Shown here piece after piece: positions 1-10,419 of a stretch of 64,000 nucleotides of DNA (the stretch's first letter is position 1; every line of letters begins with the position of its first letter). Both the position numbers and the translations under genes were made by a program. Source of the stretch: Nitrospira sp. (GTDB lineage Bacteria > Nitrospirota > Nitrospiria > Nitrospirales > Nitrospiraceae); NCBI GenBank assembly GCA_041743145.1, contig JBGTNJ010000032.1, positions 4,692 to 68,691 of the forward strand. Reading direction: 5' to 3'. Below the pieces are notes generated by a model, which had not been told where the DNA came from, made no database searches, and worked only from the letters and a program-made list of their open reading frames with translations.

Positions 1-573
1 AATCGTGATGCCCCAGGTTCGACGGGAATCCGTGACTGCCGGATGCAGAAAGCACTGACGTGGGACGACGACGATCGTCATCGTCGCACGTTGGCAGATC
101 CGTGGTCCTGACGCTTCCACCGTCAACGAATGGTAGCCGAGCGGCAGCTTGCGCGGAAACGGCAACGCCACTTCGCAATAGCGCAGACCATCTTGAATCG
201 TCGTAGCCAGAATTTTCATCCGTCTTCCGACGCTCTGCCCAGTCAGCACCCCGCCCTGTTCTTTCCTGAGTCTCCACAGGAGCGTGATCCGCCGCAATTG
301 ATCGACGGCCACAGGTAAGCGGAGGGTAACTGTGCGAGGGGGTTGATCCATCCGCACGACCATCACAGGATCCACCATCTCGCGCCAGCGTGCCGAACGA
401 ACCTCGCGCATCCTCTCCGTCAGCTGCGTCGAGTCCTGCGCTTGCACGCCCATCACCGAGAGAACCCGGCGAAGGCTCTCATCATTGACCAGGCGGCGAA
501 CTCCTCCCTCATCCACATACGAAGGAGCGACCCCGAATCGAGTCGCCAGTTGGCGGAGCCGGCCACTAAACAA
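1..573 (-). CDS. malQ: 4-alpha-glucanotransferase (GH77), N-terminal part; runs off the window edge; missing from the ORF track
   Basis: Manual translation from TTG at 573 is open to position 1: LFSGRLRQLATRFGVAPSYVDEGG...KLPLGYHSLTVE...VVPRQCFLHP...RRTWGITI. LPLGYHxL and the 'WG' start of the catalytic domain are typical of long MalQ. Divergent from glgB. Start codon uncertain. Confidence 0.75.
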   Translation of the reverse strand, partial: MFSGRLRQLATRFGVAPSYVDEGGVRRLVNDESLRRVLSVMGVQAQDSTQLTERMREVRSARWREMVDPVMVVRMDQPPRTVTLRLPVAVDQLRRITLLWRLRKEQGGVLTGQSVGRRMKILATTIQDGLRYCEVALPFPRKLPLGYHSLTVEASGPRICQRATMTIVVVPRQCFLHPAVTDSRRTWGITI

Positions 574-731
574 GGTAGCTCCCTGTGCTTCTTTCTTTCG
601 TCGACCGTTTTTCCTCCTCGGCGCGACTCGCCGCGTTTGCCTGTTCGGATGTACTTTTTTTCCCACCCCCCTTTCTTAGCACGAGCGATCTGCTTAGGAT
701 AGACTGAATCGAAGACAAGGAGGATCATCCT

Positions 732-2933
732 ATGGTGCAGCTCGAACACATCGAACGACTTCTCAACGCCGAGCATTGGAATCCTCGTGAACTGCTCGGC
801 CCCCATCGCACCTCTGTGAATGGGTCGGACTCACTCGTGATCCGAACCTTTGCGCCGGACGCCAGCGAGACACAAGTGATTCTAGATACCCCCGGCCACA
901 GGCGGATACAGATGAACCGCGTTCATGACTCAGGATTGTTTGAGGCGATCCTGGACGCGCCGAAGGGAACGCTGAAATACCGACTCCGGGTCACCGATTC
1001 TCAAGGAACCGTCACGGAACGCCACGATCCCTACGCCTTCCCTCATTTGATCAGCGACCATGATCTGCACCTGTTTGCGGAGGGGAATCTTTTCAAAGGC
1101 TACGAAAGACTGGGCGCTCATCTCACAACCGTCGACGGGATCACCGGCGTTCATTTCGTCGTCTGGGCCCCGAACGCCATGCGAGCCAGCGTCGTCGGCG
1201 GCTTCAACCACTGGGACGGCCGGTGCCATCAGATGATGAGTCGTGGGTCGACCGGGATCTGGGAGTTGTTCGTCCCGGACATTCCCGAAGGAACACTCTA
1301 CAAATACGAAATCCGCTCTCGCCATGTCGACGCACCCTTTACCAAGGCTGATCCGTACGCATTCTCAGCGGAACTGAGGCCTCGCACGGCATCAATCGTT
1401 CGAAACCTTTCCGGCTATCGATGGAACGACCGAGCTTGGATGGACGCCCGCGCTACGCGTGATCCGCTTACTGCGCCCATGTCCATCTACGAGGTGCATC
1501 TGGGATCCTGGATGCGGGTACCTGACGAGGAGGGCCGTTGGCTGACCTATAGAGAACTGGCCGATAAACTTATTCACTATGTCAAACACATGGGTTACAC
1601 CCACATTGAACTCATGCCGGTCACCGAACATCCGTTCGACGGATCGTGGGGCTACCAAGCCACCGGCTACTTTGCCGCCACTAGTCGATTTGGCCCGCCG
1701 GAAGACTTCATGGCGTTCGTCGATGCCGCTCATCAAGCGGGAATCGGCATCATCATGGACTGGGCACCGGCGCACTTCCCTGACGATGCGTTTGGGTTGG
1801 CTTGGTTCGACGGCACCCACCTATATGATCACGAGGATCCGCGCCTCGGCTATCATCCGGAGTGGAAGAGCCGCATCTTCAACTACGGCCGTGTGGAAGT
1901 GAAGAATTTTCTCCAGAACAGTGCGCTCTTCTGGTTGGACAAATACCATATCGACGGTCTTCGTGTGGACGCGGTGGCGTCGATGTTGTACCTGGACTAT
2001 GGGAGAAAAGCCGGCGAGTGGATCCCCAACCAGTTTGGAGGGAACGAAAACTTGGCAGCTGTCTCCTTCCTCAAAGAATTGAACGTGCTCGTCCATCAGG
2101 AACATCCCGGTGCCATGACAATCGCCGAGGAATCCACCGCCTGGCCAGGCGTTTCAAAGCCGACGTATACGGGAGGTTTAGGGTTCACCTTCAAATGGAA
2201 TATGGGCTGGATGCACGACACCTTGGAATACTTTTCGCTCGACCCAGTGCACCGCAAGCACCACCAGAACAAGATTACATTTGGGCTCGTCTACGCCTTC
2301 CATGAGAATTTTGTCCTAGTCCTGTCCCATGACGAGATTGTGCACGGCAAAAAAGCACTCCTCGACAAAATGCCGGGGGACGATTGGCAGCGATTTGCCA
2401 GTCTTCGGGCCCTGTACGGCTTCATGTACGGCCATCCCGGTAAGAAGATGCTCTTCATGGGCGGCGAATTCGGCCAATGGTGGGAATGGAACCACGACGA
2501 CAGTCTGCAGTGGCACTTGTGTCAGCATGAACCGCACGCCGGTCTGCAACGGTACGTCCGCGACCTCAACTGGCTCTACCGCAACGAGACGGCACTCCAC
2601 GAAGTGGATTTCGATTGGACCGGGTTCCAGTGGATCGATTTCCACGACGCTGAACATTCTGTCATCGCCTTTCTCCGGAAAGCCAAAAACCAGCAGGACC
2701 TTGTCGTTGGCGTCTGCAACTTCACGCCGGTTCCACGCTATGGATACCGGATCGGCGTGCCCTCTTTGGGCCACTATCGTGAGCTATTGAACAGCGACGC
2801 TGAAGCATATGGCGGAAGCAACATGGGCAACGGGGGTGGTGTGATGGCCGAGCCGATTTCCGCTCATGGATTTCCGAACTCGATCGTCCTGACCCTGCCT
2901 CCGCTCTCCGTCTTGTACTTCAAAGCGGGATGA
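732..2933 (+). CDS. glgB: 1,4-alpha-glucan branching enzyme (GH13)
   Basis: 733 aa. Motifs WAPNA, YEVHLGSW, SWGYQ, RVDAVASM, AEEST, SHDE. RBS AGGAGG upstream. Confidence 0.97.
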   Translation: MVQLEHIERLLNAEHWNPRELLGPHRTSVNGSDSLVIRTFAPDASETQVILDTPGHRRIQMNRVHDSGLFEAILDAPKGTLKYRLRVTDSQGTVTERHDPYAFPHLISDHDLHLFAEGNLFKGYERLGAHLTTVDGITGVHFVVWAPNAMRASVVGGFNHWDGRCHQMMSRGSTGIWELFVPDIPEGTLYKYEIRSRHVDAPFTKADPYAFSAELRPRTASIVRNLSGYRWNDRAWMDARATRDPLTAPMSIYEVHLGSWMRVPDEEGRWLTYRELADKLIHYVKHMGYTHIELMPVTEHPFDGSWGYQATGYFAATSRFGPPEDFMAFVDAAHQAGIGIIMDWAPAHFPDDAFGLAWFDGTHLYDHEDPRLGYHPEWKSRIFNYGRVEVKNFLQNSALFWLDKYHIDGLRVDAVASMLYLDYGRKAGEWIPNQFGGNENLAAVSFLKELNVLVHQEHPGAMTIAEESTAWPGVSKPTYTGGLGFTFKWNMGWMHDTLEYFSLDPVHRKHHQNKITFGLVYAFHENFVLVLSHDEIVHGKKALLDKMPGDDWQRFASLRALYGFMYGHPGKKMLFMGGEFGQWWEWNHDDSLQWHLCQHEPHAGLQRYVRDLNWLYRNETALHEVDFDWTGFQWIDFHDAEHSVIAFLRKAKNQQDLVVGVCNFTPVPRYGYRIGVPSLGHYRELLNSDAEAYGGSNMGNGGGVMAEPISAHGFPNSIVLTLPPLSVLYFKAG

Positions 2934-2943
2934 CGACCCATTG

Positions 2944-4005
2944 TCAGTCACCGATCCGGCTCGGAACCGGAGTCGTCCTGTCGGACGGGGTCACGTAGGG
3001 ACGCCATTTCAACCCCAGGTCGAGAATGCGTTGCAGCAATGCAGGATACGGTAGTTCTATGCCTGCGGCCGAACTGGCAAAATCCTCGGTCGTCGCGATG
3101 TGCGGATTCGGGTTTGCTTCCAGCACGTAAACCTGTCCCGCTGAATCAAGTCGAAAATCGATCCTCGCATACCCGCTGAGTCCTAGATTCCGGTAGACAC
3201 GTTTTGCGAGACTCTGAAGAATCTGCCGCTGCGATTCCGTCAGGTCGCCCGCTTCGGTGGAACGGACACCGTATTTCTGCTGGTAGACTCGACTCCACTT
3301 CACCCGAGCTGTGGCGATCTTTCTGGTTTCTTCCGGCAATCGGCTCATATCGAGCTCCCAGACCGGCAAGACTTGCAGCCGTTGATTGCCCATCACACCG
3401 ACATACAGTTCACGTCCTTCGACATATCGTTCGACCAGCGCGCCCGTGCCGACGCTTTGGTGGATGAACTTGACTCGTTCTTGCAACTTGTCGTCATCCT
3501 CCACGATCGAGGCCTGAGAAATGCCGAGAGACGCCTCCTCTGAGACGGATTTCACGATCAACGGGAATGCCAGCTCCTTAGGTCGCTTGACCAAACGACC
3601 TAACGGTACCGTGATGAACTCCGGAATGGGGATGCGGTGGTAATAGAGAATCTTCTTGGCCAAGCCTTTGTCGCGGGCCAGCATCAATCCTCTGGGGTTA
3701 CAGCCTGTGTACGGCACCTTGAGCAATTCGAGATAAGACACCACGTTCTGATCATAGATGGCCACCCCGCTGAATTCCTCAAGCAAATTGAAGGCGATGT
3801 GAGGTTTCCATTCATCCACTGTCTGACGGATCACGGCGAGTTCGTGTTGGACACCGAGCGGACGCACCTCGTGTCCAATCTCCCGGAGCGTGTTGACCAC
3901 TTCGTATTCGGTCCTCCACTCAACGCTACTGAGATCCACCCCCTCGACCGTATCAGGCGGAACGAGGTCTTCATGCACCAGCACGAGGACGCGTAATGGC
4001 TTCAT
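2944..4005 (-). CDS. D-Ala-D-Ala-ligase-like ATP-grasp protein, probably not a true Ddl
   Basis: 353 aa. ATP-grasp motifs PYTG, DK..K, PLIVKS, LVERYVEGRE, RIDFR, EANPNP. Lacks the Ddl GGxSxE and HGxxGEDG motifs. 4-nt overlap with the upstream peptidase. Confidence 0.85.
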   Translation of the reverse strand: MKPLRVLVLVHEDLVPPDTVEGVDLSSVEWRTEYEVVNTLREIGHEVRPLGVQHELAVIRQTVDEWKPHIAFNLLEEFSGVAIYDQNVVSYLELLKVPYTGCNPRGLMLARDKGLAKKILYYHRIPIPEFITVPLGRLVKRPKELAFPLIVKSVSEEASLGISQASIVEDDDKLQERVKFIHQSVGTGALVERYVEGRELYVGVMGNQRLQVLPVWELDMSRLPEETRKIATARVKWSRVYQQKYGVRSTEAGDLTESQRQILQSLAKRVYRNLGLSGYARIDFRLDSAGQVYVLEANPNPHIATTEDFASSAAGIELPYPALLQRILDLGLKWRPYVTPSDRTTPVPSRIGD

Positions 4006-5105
4006 AAGGCTACCCGATGATGGCCGCTATGCAGATAATTCATCGTTTGGACGGTCAGGAGAATGGTTACGTCGAGCTTGGCTTTTTCCTCGGAGCTGAC
4101 CAATGTGAGATCCTGCTCTCGACAGCGCGAAACGATATCTTCGAACACGCGGTCTATCGTATATTGATATTCTCCTGCCCACCCGGCCACTTCCCGACAG
4201 ACATCCCGGCGAATACGCGATAAAAACTGTGCCGCGGAGATACTGACCCGATGCGCGGGTGCAGAGGAAAAGATCCGCCGCAAGTCGCGATCATAGAACG
4301 TCGGATGAGGCATCCCGTAATGCGCCTGCTTCTGCTCGTAGTGTTCCCGCAGGGTCCGACGGAGCCGAGGCAGCGAGTCCACGCGTTGTTTGGTCGTCAC
4401 TAACGGCCGCGCGTTGACCAACGAGGCCATCAACCGGTCCATGTATTCCAGCTTCTTGCGCGCCGGCCAGTCCGCATACCGTTCCTGCCACATCGACTGT
4501 GGATTCAGCCAGACCGCGAAGGTTTCTGCAAAATCTTCGTCCGGATGGCTTTGTGCGTACCACATGTCGAGGTGGAGGACAAAGCTCTTGCTGTACGGTT
4601 TCGGTTTATAGAACTTGGGGTACGGTTGTGTTGATTTGCCGAAAATGGCTTGCCGGTCTCGGCGCCGACGAAGCCCGAAGGCGTTTTCGATGGCGTGGCC
4701 GGTTTCATGTCGGAGGATGCGCAGGCATCGATCGGGAGTACCCCCTTCGACTTCCAACATCTGTGCGAATTCCAGTCGAGCGAGGCGCGGATGTGCCAGG
4801 TAAAAAGGTATTGCGATGCCGGGCACGCCATCCGGTGAAAACCATTCGCTTGAGAGCCAGAAATGCGGACGAAAGAGGAGGCCTCGATCGCCCAGTTCGC
4901 GGTATAGCTGAGCAATGTGCTCGGTGATCTGACTCTGTTCCACGGTAAGATCAAGGTCGCAGAAACGGAGATCGAGAAGTTTCTCATCAGACCAACTGAC
5001 CCACGCCGGTTCCTCCGACGAACGATGCCGATGACTCTCCTGGTTGGAGATTGGTTCACAATGCGAGCCTGCTCTCGCTCTGCCTATCACGCGAAACCCT
5101 TTCAA
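4002..5105 (-). CDS. Putative zinc-binding metallopeptidase (zincin, Peptidase_Mx-like)
   Basis: HETGH (HExxH) and YAQSHPDEDFAETFAVWL. The TTG start overlaps the mscS stop (TTGA). Confidence 0.8.
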   Translation of the reverse strand: MKGFRVIGRARAGSHCEPISNQESHRHRSSEEPAWVSWSDEKLLDLRFCDLDLTVEQSQITEHIAQLYRELGDRGLLFRPHFWLSSEWFSPDGVPGIAIPFYLAHPRLARLEFAQMLEVEGGTPDRCLRILRHETGHAIENAFGLRRRRDRQAIFGKSTQPYPKFYKPKPYSKSFVLHLDMWYAQSHPDEDFAETFAVWLNPQSMWQERYADWPARKKLEYMDRLMASLVNARPLVTTKQRVDSLPRLRRTLREHYEQKQAHYGMPHPTFYDRDLRRIFSSAPAHRVSISAAQFLSRIRRDVCREVAGWAGEYQYTIDRVFEDIVSRCREQDLTLVSSEEKAKLDVTILLTVQTMNYLHSGHHRVAL

Positions 5106-6016
5106 TTGGAGGTTGGCTGGGCTGGTTGCAATCCTGCCACATGCAGCGGAGGCGGTGTTCCCTGTTTCGGCTCACCCCAGTAGATCGTTTGATGCGGGAA
5201 CGGGATTTCGATCCCTTTCGCATCAAAGGTCTTCTTAATGCGACGATTCATCTCCCGCCCCACCCGCCATTGTTTGATCGGCCGAGTCTTGATCCGACAC
5301 TTGATGATCACGGCTGAATCGGCAAATTGATCCACCCCCAACATTTCCAATGGCTCCAGAATATCCTCTGAAAACTGAGAGTCTTGGCGGAGTTCATCCG
5401 CGATGTCGCGCAGAACCGCCATGACTTCGTCAACATCTTCTCGATACGCGATGCCGACTTCGAAGAGGTAGAAGGCATAGACTTTGGTCATGTTCTTCAC
5501 CTTATCGATGACTCCATTCGGTACCACGTGCACATTCCCTGACAAATCCCGAAGGGTCACCGTCCGAAGTTTCACTTCCTCGACCACCCCTGCCACTCCC
5601 GCAATCTGCACGACATCGCCCACTCGGATCGAATCTTCGAGAAGGATGAAGAACCCCGAAATCACATCCTTCACCAAACTTTGGGCACCGAAGCCGATGG
5701 CCAATCCCCCGAGACCGGCCGCCGCCAAGATCGGCTTCAGATCGACTCCGACCTCCGACAAAATCATCATGCCTCCCACGGCAAAAATCACCACACGAGC
5801 CACGTCACGAATAACATGAGTCAGGGTCGTGGCCCGTTTTATCTGCACTTCGGTCGGCAACGTCCCTTCGTACACTTTCTGGAATCGATCTATCACTCTT
5901 TTGAGGATCGCGAATCCCAGAACCATCAAGACGCTGATGATCATGACTCGCAAACCCGACGTCGTGGACCATTCGACCCATCGCTCGATGACCTCCGTCA
6001 CATAGGAATCCGGCAT
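5102..6016 (-). CDS. mscS: Small-conductance mechanosensitive channel (MscS family)
   Basis: AAAGLGGLAIGFGAQSLVKDVISG, IRVGDVV, VPNG, GIEIPFPHQ. Start moved to ATG 6016, which has RBS GAGGAGG. Confidence 0.92.
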   Translation of the reverse strand: MPDSYVTEVIERWVEWSTTSGLRVMIISVLMVLGFAILKRVIDRFQKVYEGTLPTEVQIKRATTLTHVIRDVARVVIFAVGGMMILSEVGVDLKPILAAAGLGGLAIGFGAQSLVKDVISGFFILLEDSIRVGDVVQIAGVAGVVEEVKLRTVTLRDLSGNVHVVPNGVIDKVKNMTKVYAFYLFEVGIAYREDVDEVMAVLRDIADELRQDSQFSEDILEPLEMLGVDQFADSAVIIKCRIKTRPIKQWRVGREMNRRIKKTFDAKGIEIPFPHQTIYWGEPKQGTPPPLHVAGLQPAQPTSN

Positions 6017-6087
6017 GCCATACCTCCTCAAGTTAGGACATCTCACCCCGCGCAGACTCAACGTCCGGTGTTAAGGGCCATTCTCCG

Positions 6088-7953
6088 CTAAGAAGACAGG
6101 AATACGGTCGAACTGTAGGTTGGAATCGATACCGAAACTCCTTGAGGTGTAACAGAGAGCTGGGTCGGCATAGAACCTTGAGCAGTCCCACCGAATTTCT
6201 TGTCCATGGAATCGAGCCCTAGCCGCCATGTGCCCTGCGGCTCGATCAATCTCACCGTAACCGGCGACTTATTGAATCCAAGGATCAACAGCGACGCAGC
6301 GTTGTCTTGTGTCCAACGATGCACCACCAACACCTGGTTGTCCTCGAACGCCCAGACCCGATGGCGCCGAGTCGTGCCGTCTCCGGCGCCCAACGACGGC
6401 TCGTCTTTCCTGAGCTGGATCAACGCCTTGGTCCATCGCAATAACGCTGCTTGCCGATCATTGAGATCTTCATGACACAACCGACTTCGTTCGAAGGTCG
6501 CCGAGTCCTGGGGGTCAGGAATGTCTTCGGGATTCCAGCCGAAGTGGGCAAACTCTCTTCGACGGCCCTGTCGCACCGCTTCGATCAAATCGGGATCGCT
6601 ATGTTCAATGAAATACTGAAACGGCGCGGTCTCGCCATATTCCTCGCCCATGAACAAGAGCGGGATGTTCGGCGAGAGCAGAATGAGCGCGCTGGCAACC
6701 CTCAGAGCCTCGTCCGGCAACTGGGTGCTCAAGCGATCTCCGACAGCTCGGTTGCCGATCTGATCGTGGTTTTGTGAAAAGACCACGAGCTGTCCGGGCG
6801 ATACCTGTTGTGACGAGTTCCCATGGCGGCGCCTGCGATGTGCTGAATACTGTCCGCTGTACACAAATCCCTCACGAATGGCTTTCCCAAGATCGTGTAG
6901 CCCATGAAAGTCCTCATAATAGCCGCGCGATTCTCCGGTCAACACCACACGCAGCGCATGATGGAAATCGTCGCTCCATTGCCCGTCAAGACCATAGCCA
7001 CCGATCGCAGGTGGTTCGATGATTCTCGTGTCGTTCAAGTCGCTCTCCGCGATGACGAAGATCTGCCGCCTGAGCGCCGCGGCCTGCTTTTGGACCGATG
7101 ACGCCAGTTCTTTCAAAATATGGTTGGCGCTGAAGTCGAAAATACCGTGAATCGCGTCCAATCGCAGCGCATCGATGTGGTACTCGGTCACCCAATACAA
7201 CGCGTTGTCGATGACGTACCGCCGGACCGCGTCACTGTCCGGCCCGTCATAGTTGACCGCCGATCCCCACGGAGTTCGATACTTGTCGGTGAAATAGGGG
7301 CCGAACTCGCCCAAATAATTCCCCTCCGGGCCGAGATGGTTATAGACGACGTCCATGATCACGGCAATGCCCATCCCATGACAGGCGTCTACCAGTCGTT
7401 TCAATCCGTCAGGTCCTCCGTACGTGGATTGCGGCGCGTAGGGATACACCCCGTCGTAGCCCCAGTTTCGCCCTCCTGGAAACTGGGCGACCGGCATAAG
7501 TTCGATCGCCGTGATCCCAACGGTATCTTTTAGGTAGGACAAGTGGGGAATGATCGCCTCGAACGTTCCCTCTTTCGTAAAGGTCCCGACGTGCAACTCG
7601 TAGATGATCAGGTCTTTCAACGGGAGCCCCCGCCATCCTCCGTCAGTCCACGTGAAAGCGTGGGGATCGACGACAGCTGAAGGGCCATGGACCCCATCTG
7701 GTTGAAATCGGGAGGCAGGATCCGGTCGCGCCTTCTGTCCGTTGAGCAGATAACGGTATCGCGCGCGCGGATCGACTTCCTCAACGATGGTTTCGAAATA
7801 CCCCTGCGAAGCGGGCTGCATCGGAATGGACGTTCGATCCTGCTCGACTAACTCCACCGCAACCTGCTGTGCGAACGGTGCCCAGACGTTAAACCGAACT
7901 TGATTGGTTCCGATCATCTTAGCCCCGAGATCCAACTGCCATGTTTCATCCAT
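6088..7953 (-). CDS. treZ: Malto-oligosyltrehalose trehalohydrolase (GH13)
   Basis: 621 aa. PDPASRFQPDGVHGPS, NWGYDGV, LRLDAIH, IAESDLND, QNHDQIGNR, LFMGEEY. Confidence 0.95.
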   Translation of the reverse strand: MDETWQLDLGAKMIGTNQVRFNVWAPFAQQVAVELVEQDRTSIPMQPASQGYFETIVEEVDPRARYRYLLNGQKARPDPASRFQPDGVHGPSAVVDPHAFTWTDGGWRGLPLKDLIIYELHVGTFTKEGTFEAIIPHLSYLKDTVGITAIELMPVAQFPGGRNWGYDGVYPYAPQSTYGGPDGLKRLVDACHGMGIAVIMDVVYNHLGPEGNYLGEFGPYFTDKYRTPWGSAVNYDGPDSDAVRRYVIDNALYWVTEYHIDALRLDAIHGIFDFSANHILKELASSVQKQAAALRRQIFVIAESDLNDTRIIEPPAIGGYGLDGQWSDDFHHALRVVLTGESRGYYEDFHGLHDLGKAIREGFVYSGQYSAHRRRRHGNSSQQVSPGQLVVFSQNHDQIGNRAVGDRLSTQLPDEALRVASALILLSPNIPLLFMGEEYGETAPFQYFIEHSDPDLIEAVRQGRRREFAHFGWNPEDIPDPQDSATFERSRLCHEDLNDRQAALLRWTKALIQLRKDEPSLGAGDGTTRRHRVWAFEDNQVLVVHRWTQDNAASLLILGFNKSPVTVRLIEPQGTWRLGLDSMDKKFGGTAQGSMPTQLSVTPQGVSVSIPTYSSTVFLSS

Positions 7954-8104
7954 CGCGTTTCTCCTTCGGTTTATCCCACCTTACCGATGGACCACGCCAT
8001 AAACAAGATGGCACAGGCCTCTTGCATAAGCTTGTTGATACCAGTAAGAGATGGTACGGCGGAACGAAGCCCAGTGTCCGCATTCCCTTGAAAAGGAGCA
8101 CAAC

Positions 8105-10240
8105 ATGAGAATTTGGCCGGGGAAACCCTATCCACTCGGAGCCACATGGGACGGCGAAGGGGTGAACTTCGCCCTCTTTTCAGAACATGCCACGGCCGTT
8201 GAACTGTGCCTGTTCGATGGACCTGATTCCGACCAAGAATCCCATCGTATTCGCATCGAAGAACGGACGGATCAAGTCTGGCACACATACATACCCGGTC
8301 TCTGGCCAGGACAACATTATGGGTATCGGGTCCACGGACCCTATACACCCGAAGAGGGGCATCGTTTCAATCACCACAAGCTCTTGATCGATCCTTACGC
8401 CAAGTCAATCGCGGGAACGGTCGAGTGGTCGGACGCCATGTTCGGCTATCGGATGGGCGACCCCAAGGTAGATCTCTCCTTTGACACTCGTAATAACGCA
8501 TCAAACATTCCCAAGTGTGTCGTTATCGATCAGGCCTTCACCTGGGGCGGCGATCGATTGCTGAAAACCCCATGGGACAAGACGGTCATCTACGAAATTC
8601 ACGTCAAGGGATTCACGGCACAGCATCCCGATGTGCCGGACCACATGCGGGGTACGTATTCCGCGTTGACGACGCCCGAGGTCATCGATCACCTTTTGAA
8701 TCTGGGAGTCACCGCCGTCGAGTTGCTACCGGTCCATCACTTCGTGCGCGACAAGCATCTCTCCGATCGAGGACTGACCAACTATTGGGGTTACAACACC
8801 ATCGGATTTTTCGCTCCCGATATCCGCTATACCGTCTCGCCTGTCCGCGGACGGGGCGTCCGCGAGTTCAAGTCGATGGTCAAGACGCTCCACAGCTCCG
8901 GCATCGAGGTCATCTTGGACGTCGTCTACAACCATACGGCGGAGGGAAACCAGCTGGGCCCGACCCTCTCATTCAGAGGGATCGACAATGCCGCCTATTA
9001 CCGACTGATGGACAACGAGAAACGCTATTACATGGACTACACCGGCTGCGGCAACACGCTGAACGTGACACATCCCCGGACGCTTCAACTCATCATGGAC
9101 AGCTTGCGGTATTGGGTCACGGAAATGCATGTGGATGGCTTTCGGTTCGACCTGGCCTCCACCCTCGCCAGGGAATTGCACGCCGTCGACCGGCTGAGCG
9201 CTTTCTTCGACATCTTGCATCAAGACCCCATCCTCTCCCAGACCAAACTGATCGCGGAACCCTGGGACGTCGGAGAAGGAGGGTATCAAGTCGGCAATTT
9301 TCCTGTGGGCTGGGCCGAGTGGAACGGCAAGTATCGGGACACGATCCGGCGATACATCAAAGGAGACGGTGGCCAGATGGCGGAGCTTGCGTATCGCATG
9401 ACCGGCAGCAGCGACCTCTACAGCACGAGCGGACGTCGCCCCTTTGCCAGCATCAACTTCATCACAGCGCACGACGGATTCACGCTCCATGACCTCGTGT
9501 CCTACAACGACAAGCACAACGAAGCTAACGGAGAAAACAACCAAGACGGCACGAACGACAATGACAGCTGGAATTGCGGCGTAGAAGGACCAAGCAGCGA
9601 TCCCGCAATTCTCGAGTTGCGAGAGCGCCAGAAACGGAATTTCCTGACGCTCCTGTTTCTCTCCCAAGGTGTTCCGATGCTCTGCGGTGGCGACGAGATC
9701 GGGCGGACGCAAAAGGGAAATAACAACGCGTATTGTCAGGACAATGAGATCAGCCGGTTCGACTGGAACTTAGATCACGCACAGTCCAATTTACTGGCGT
9801 TCGTCAGACAGCTCATCGCCTTTCGCAAAAAACATCCAGTCCTTCGCCGACGTCGCTTTTTTCAGGGACGCCATATCAGAGGGTCCGAAGTCAAAGATCT
9901 TTCATGGTTTCGACCAGACGGCAAGGAGATGACCGACGAAGATTGGAATGCGGGGTACTCCAAATCACTCTCCCTCCGACTGGCTGGTGATGCCATCGCC
10001 GAGAGGGATCAGAAGGGACGCCCGATCGTCGACGACACGCTGTTGATCCTTCTGAATGCCCACCATACCCCGCTGGCTTTCACCTTGCCGGCCCACAAAC
10101 GCGGGATCCGCTGGCATGCAGTAGTGGACACCTCACTTTCAGGGGAAAACGAAAAGCAGGTCAGTGCCTTCAAAGGAGGCGAGCAGTACGAAATGGAAGC
10201 TCGATCGATCGCCGTGCTGCGACTCGACAACCAACATTAG
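8105..10240 (+). CDS. glgX: Glycogen debranching enzyme / isoamylase
   Basis: [46 protein letters not shown] 8105 follows RBS AAGGAG. Confidence 0.96.
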   Translation: MRIWPGKPYPLGATWDGEGVNFALFSEHATAVELCLFDGPDSDQESHRIRIEERTDQVWHTYIPGLWPGQHYGYRVHGPYTPEEGHRFNHHKLLIDPYAKSIAGTVEWSDAMFGYRMGDPKVDLSFDTRNNASNIPKCVVIDQAFTWGGDRLLKTPWDKTVIYEIHVKGFTAQHPDVPDHMRGTYSALTTPEVIDHLLNLGVTAVELLPVHHFVRDKHLSDRGLTNYWGYNTIGFFAPDIRYTVSPVRGRGVREFKSMVKTLHSSGIEVILDVVYNHTAEGNQLGPTLSFRGIDNAAYYRLMDNEKRYYMDYTGCGNTLNVTHPRTLQLIMDSLRYWVTEMHVDGFRFDLASTLARELHAVDRLSAFFDILHQDPILSQTKLIAEPWDVGEGGYQVGNFPVGWAEWNGKYRDTIRRYIKGDGGQMAELAYRMTGSSDLYSTSGRRPFASINFITAHDGFTLHDLVSYNDKHNEANGENNQDGTNDNDSWNCGVEGPSSDPAILELRERQKRNFLTLLFLSQGVPMLCGGDEIGRTQKGNNNAYCQDNEISRFDWNLDHAQSNLLAFVRQLIAFRKKHPVLRRRRFFQGRHIRGSEVKDLSWFRPDGKEMTDEDWNAGYSKSLSLRLAGDAIAERDQKGRPIVDDTLLILLNAHHTPLAFTLPAHKRGIRWHAVVDTSLSGENEKQVSAFKGGEQYEMEARSIAVLRLDNQH

Positions 10241-10419
10241 CGCCAGGTGCTTGCAGGGTCTTGCGGGGATAGATTCACAGGGGTGGATAGCCCTGTTGCG
10301 GGCTTCGGTCAATGCCACCACGTGGGGCTGACTTGTGTTCCGATGTCTGTCAGGGTAGCTTTATCGACTAATCTCCCGCGGAAGCCTTTCGTTTTTACGG
10401 TCAGTAGGAAGGAGTCTGT

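Noticed and set aside
8008-8030. sigma54 promoter candidates before glgX (TGGCAC-N7-TTGC) and glgB (TAGCAC-N7-CTGC, about 677-693)
   Set aside because: The spacing is 2 nt longer than the strict -24/-12 requirement.
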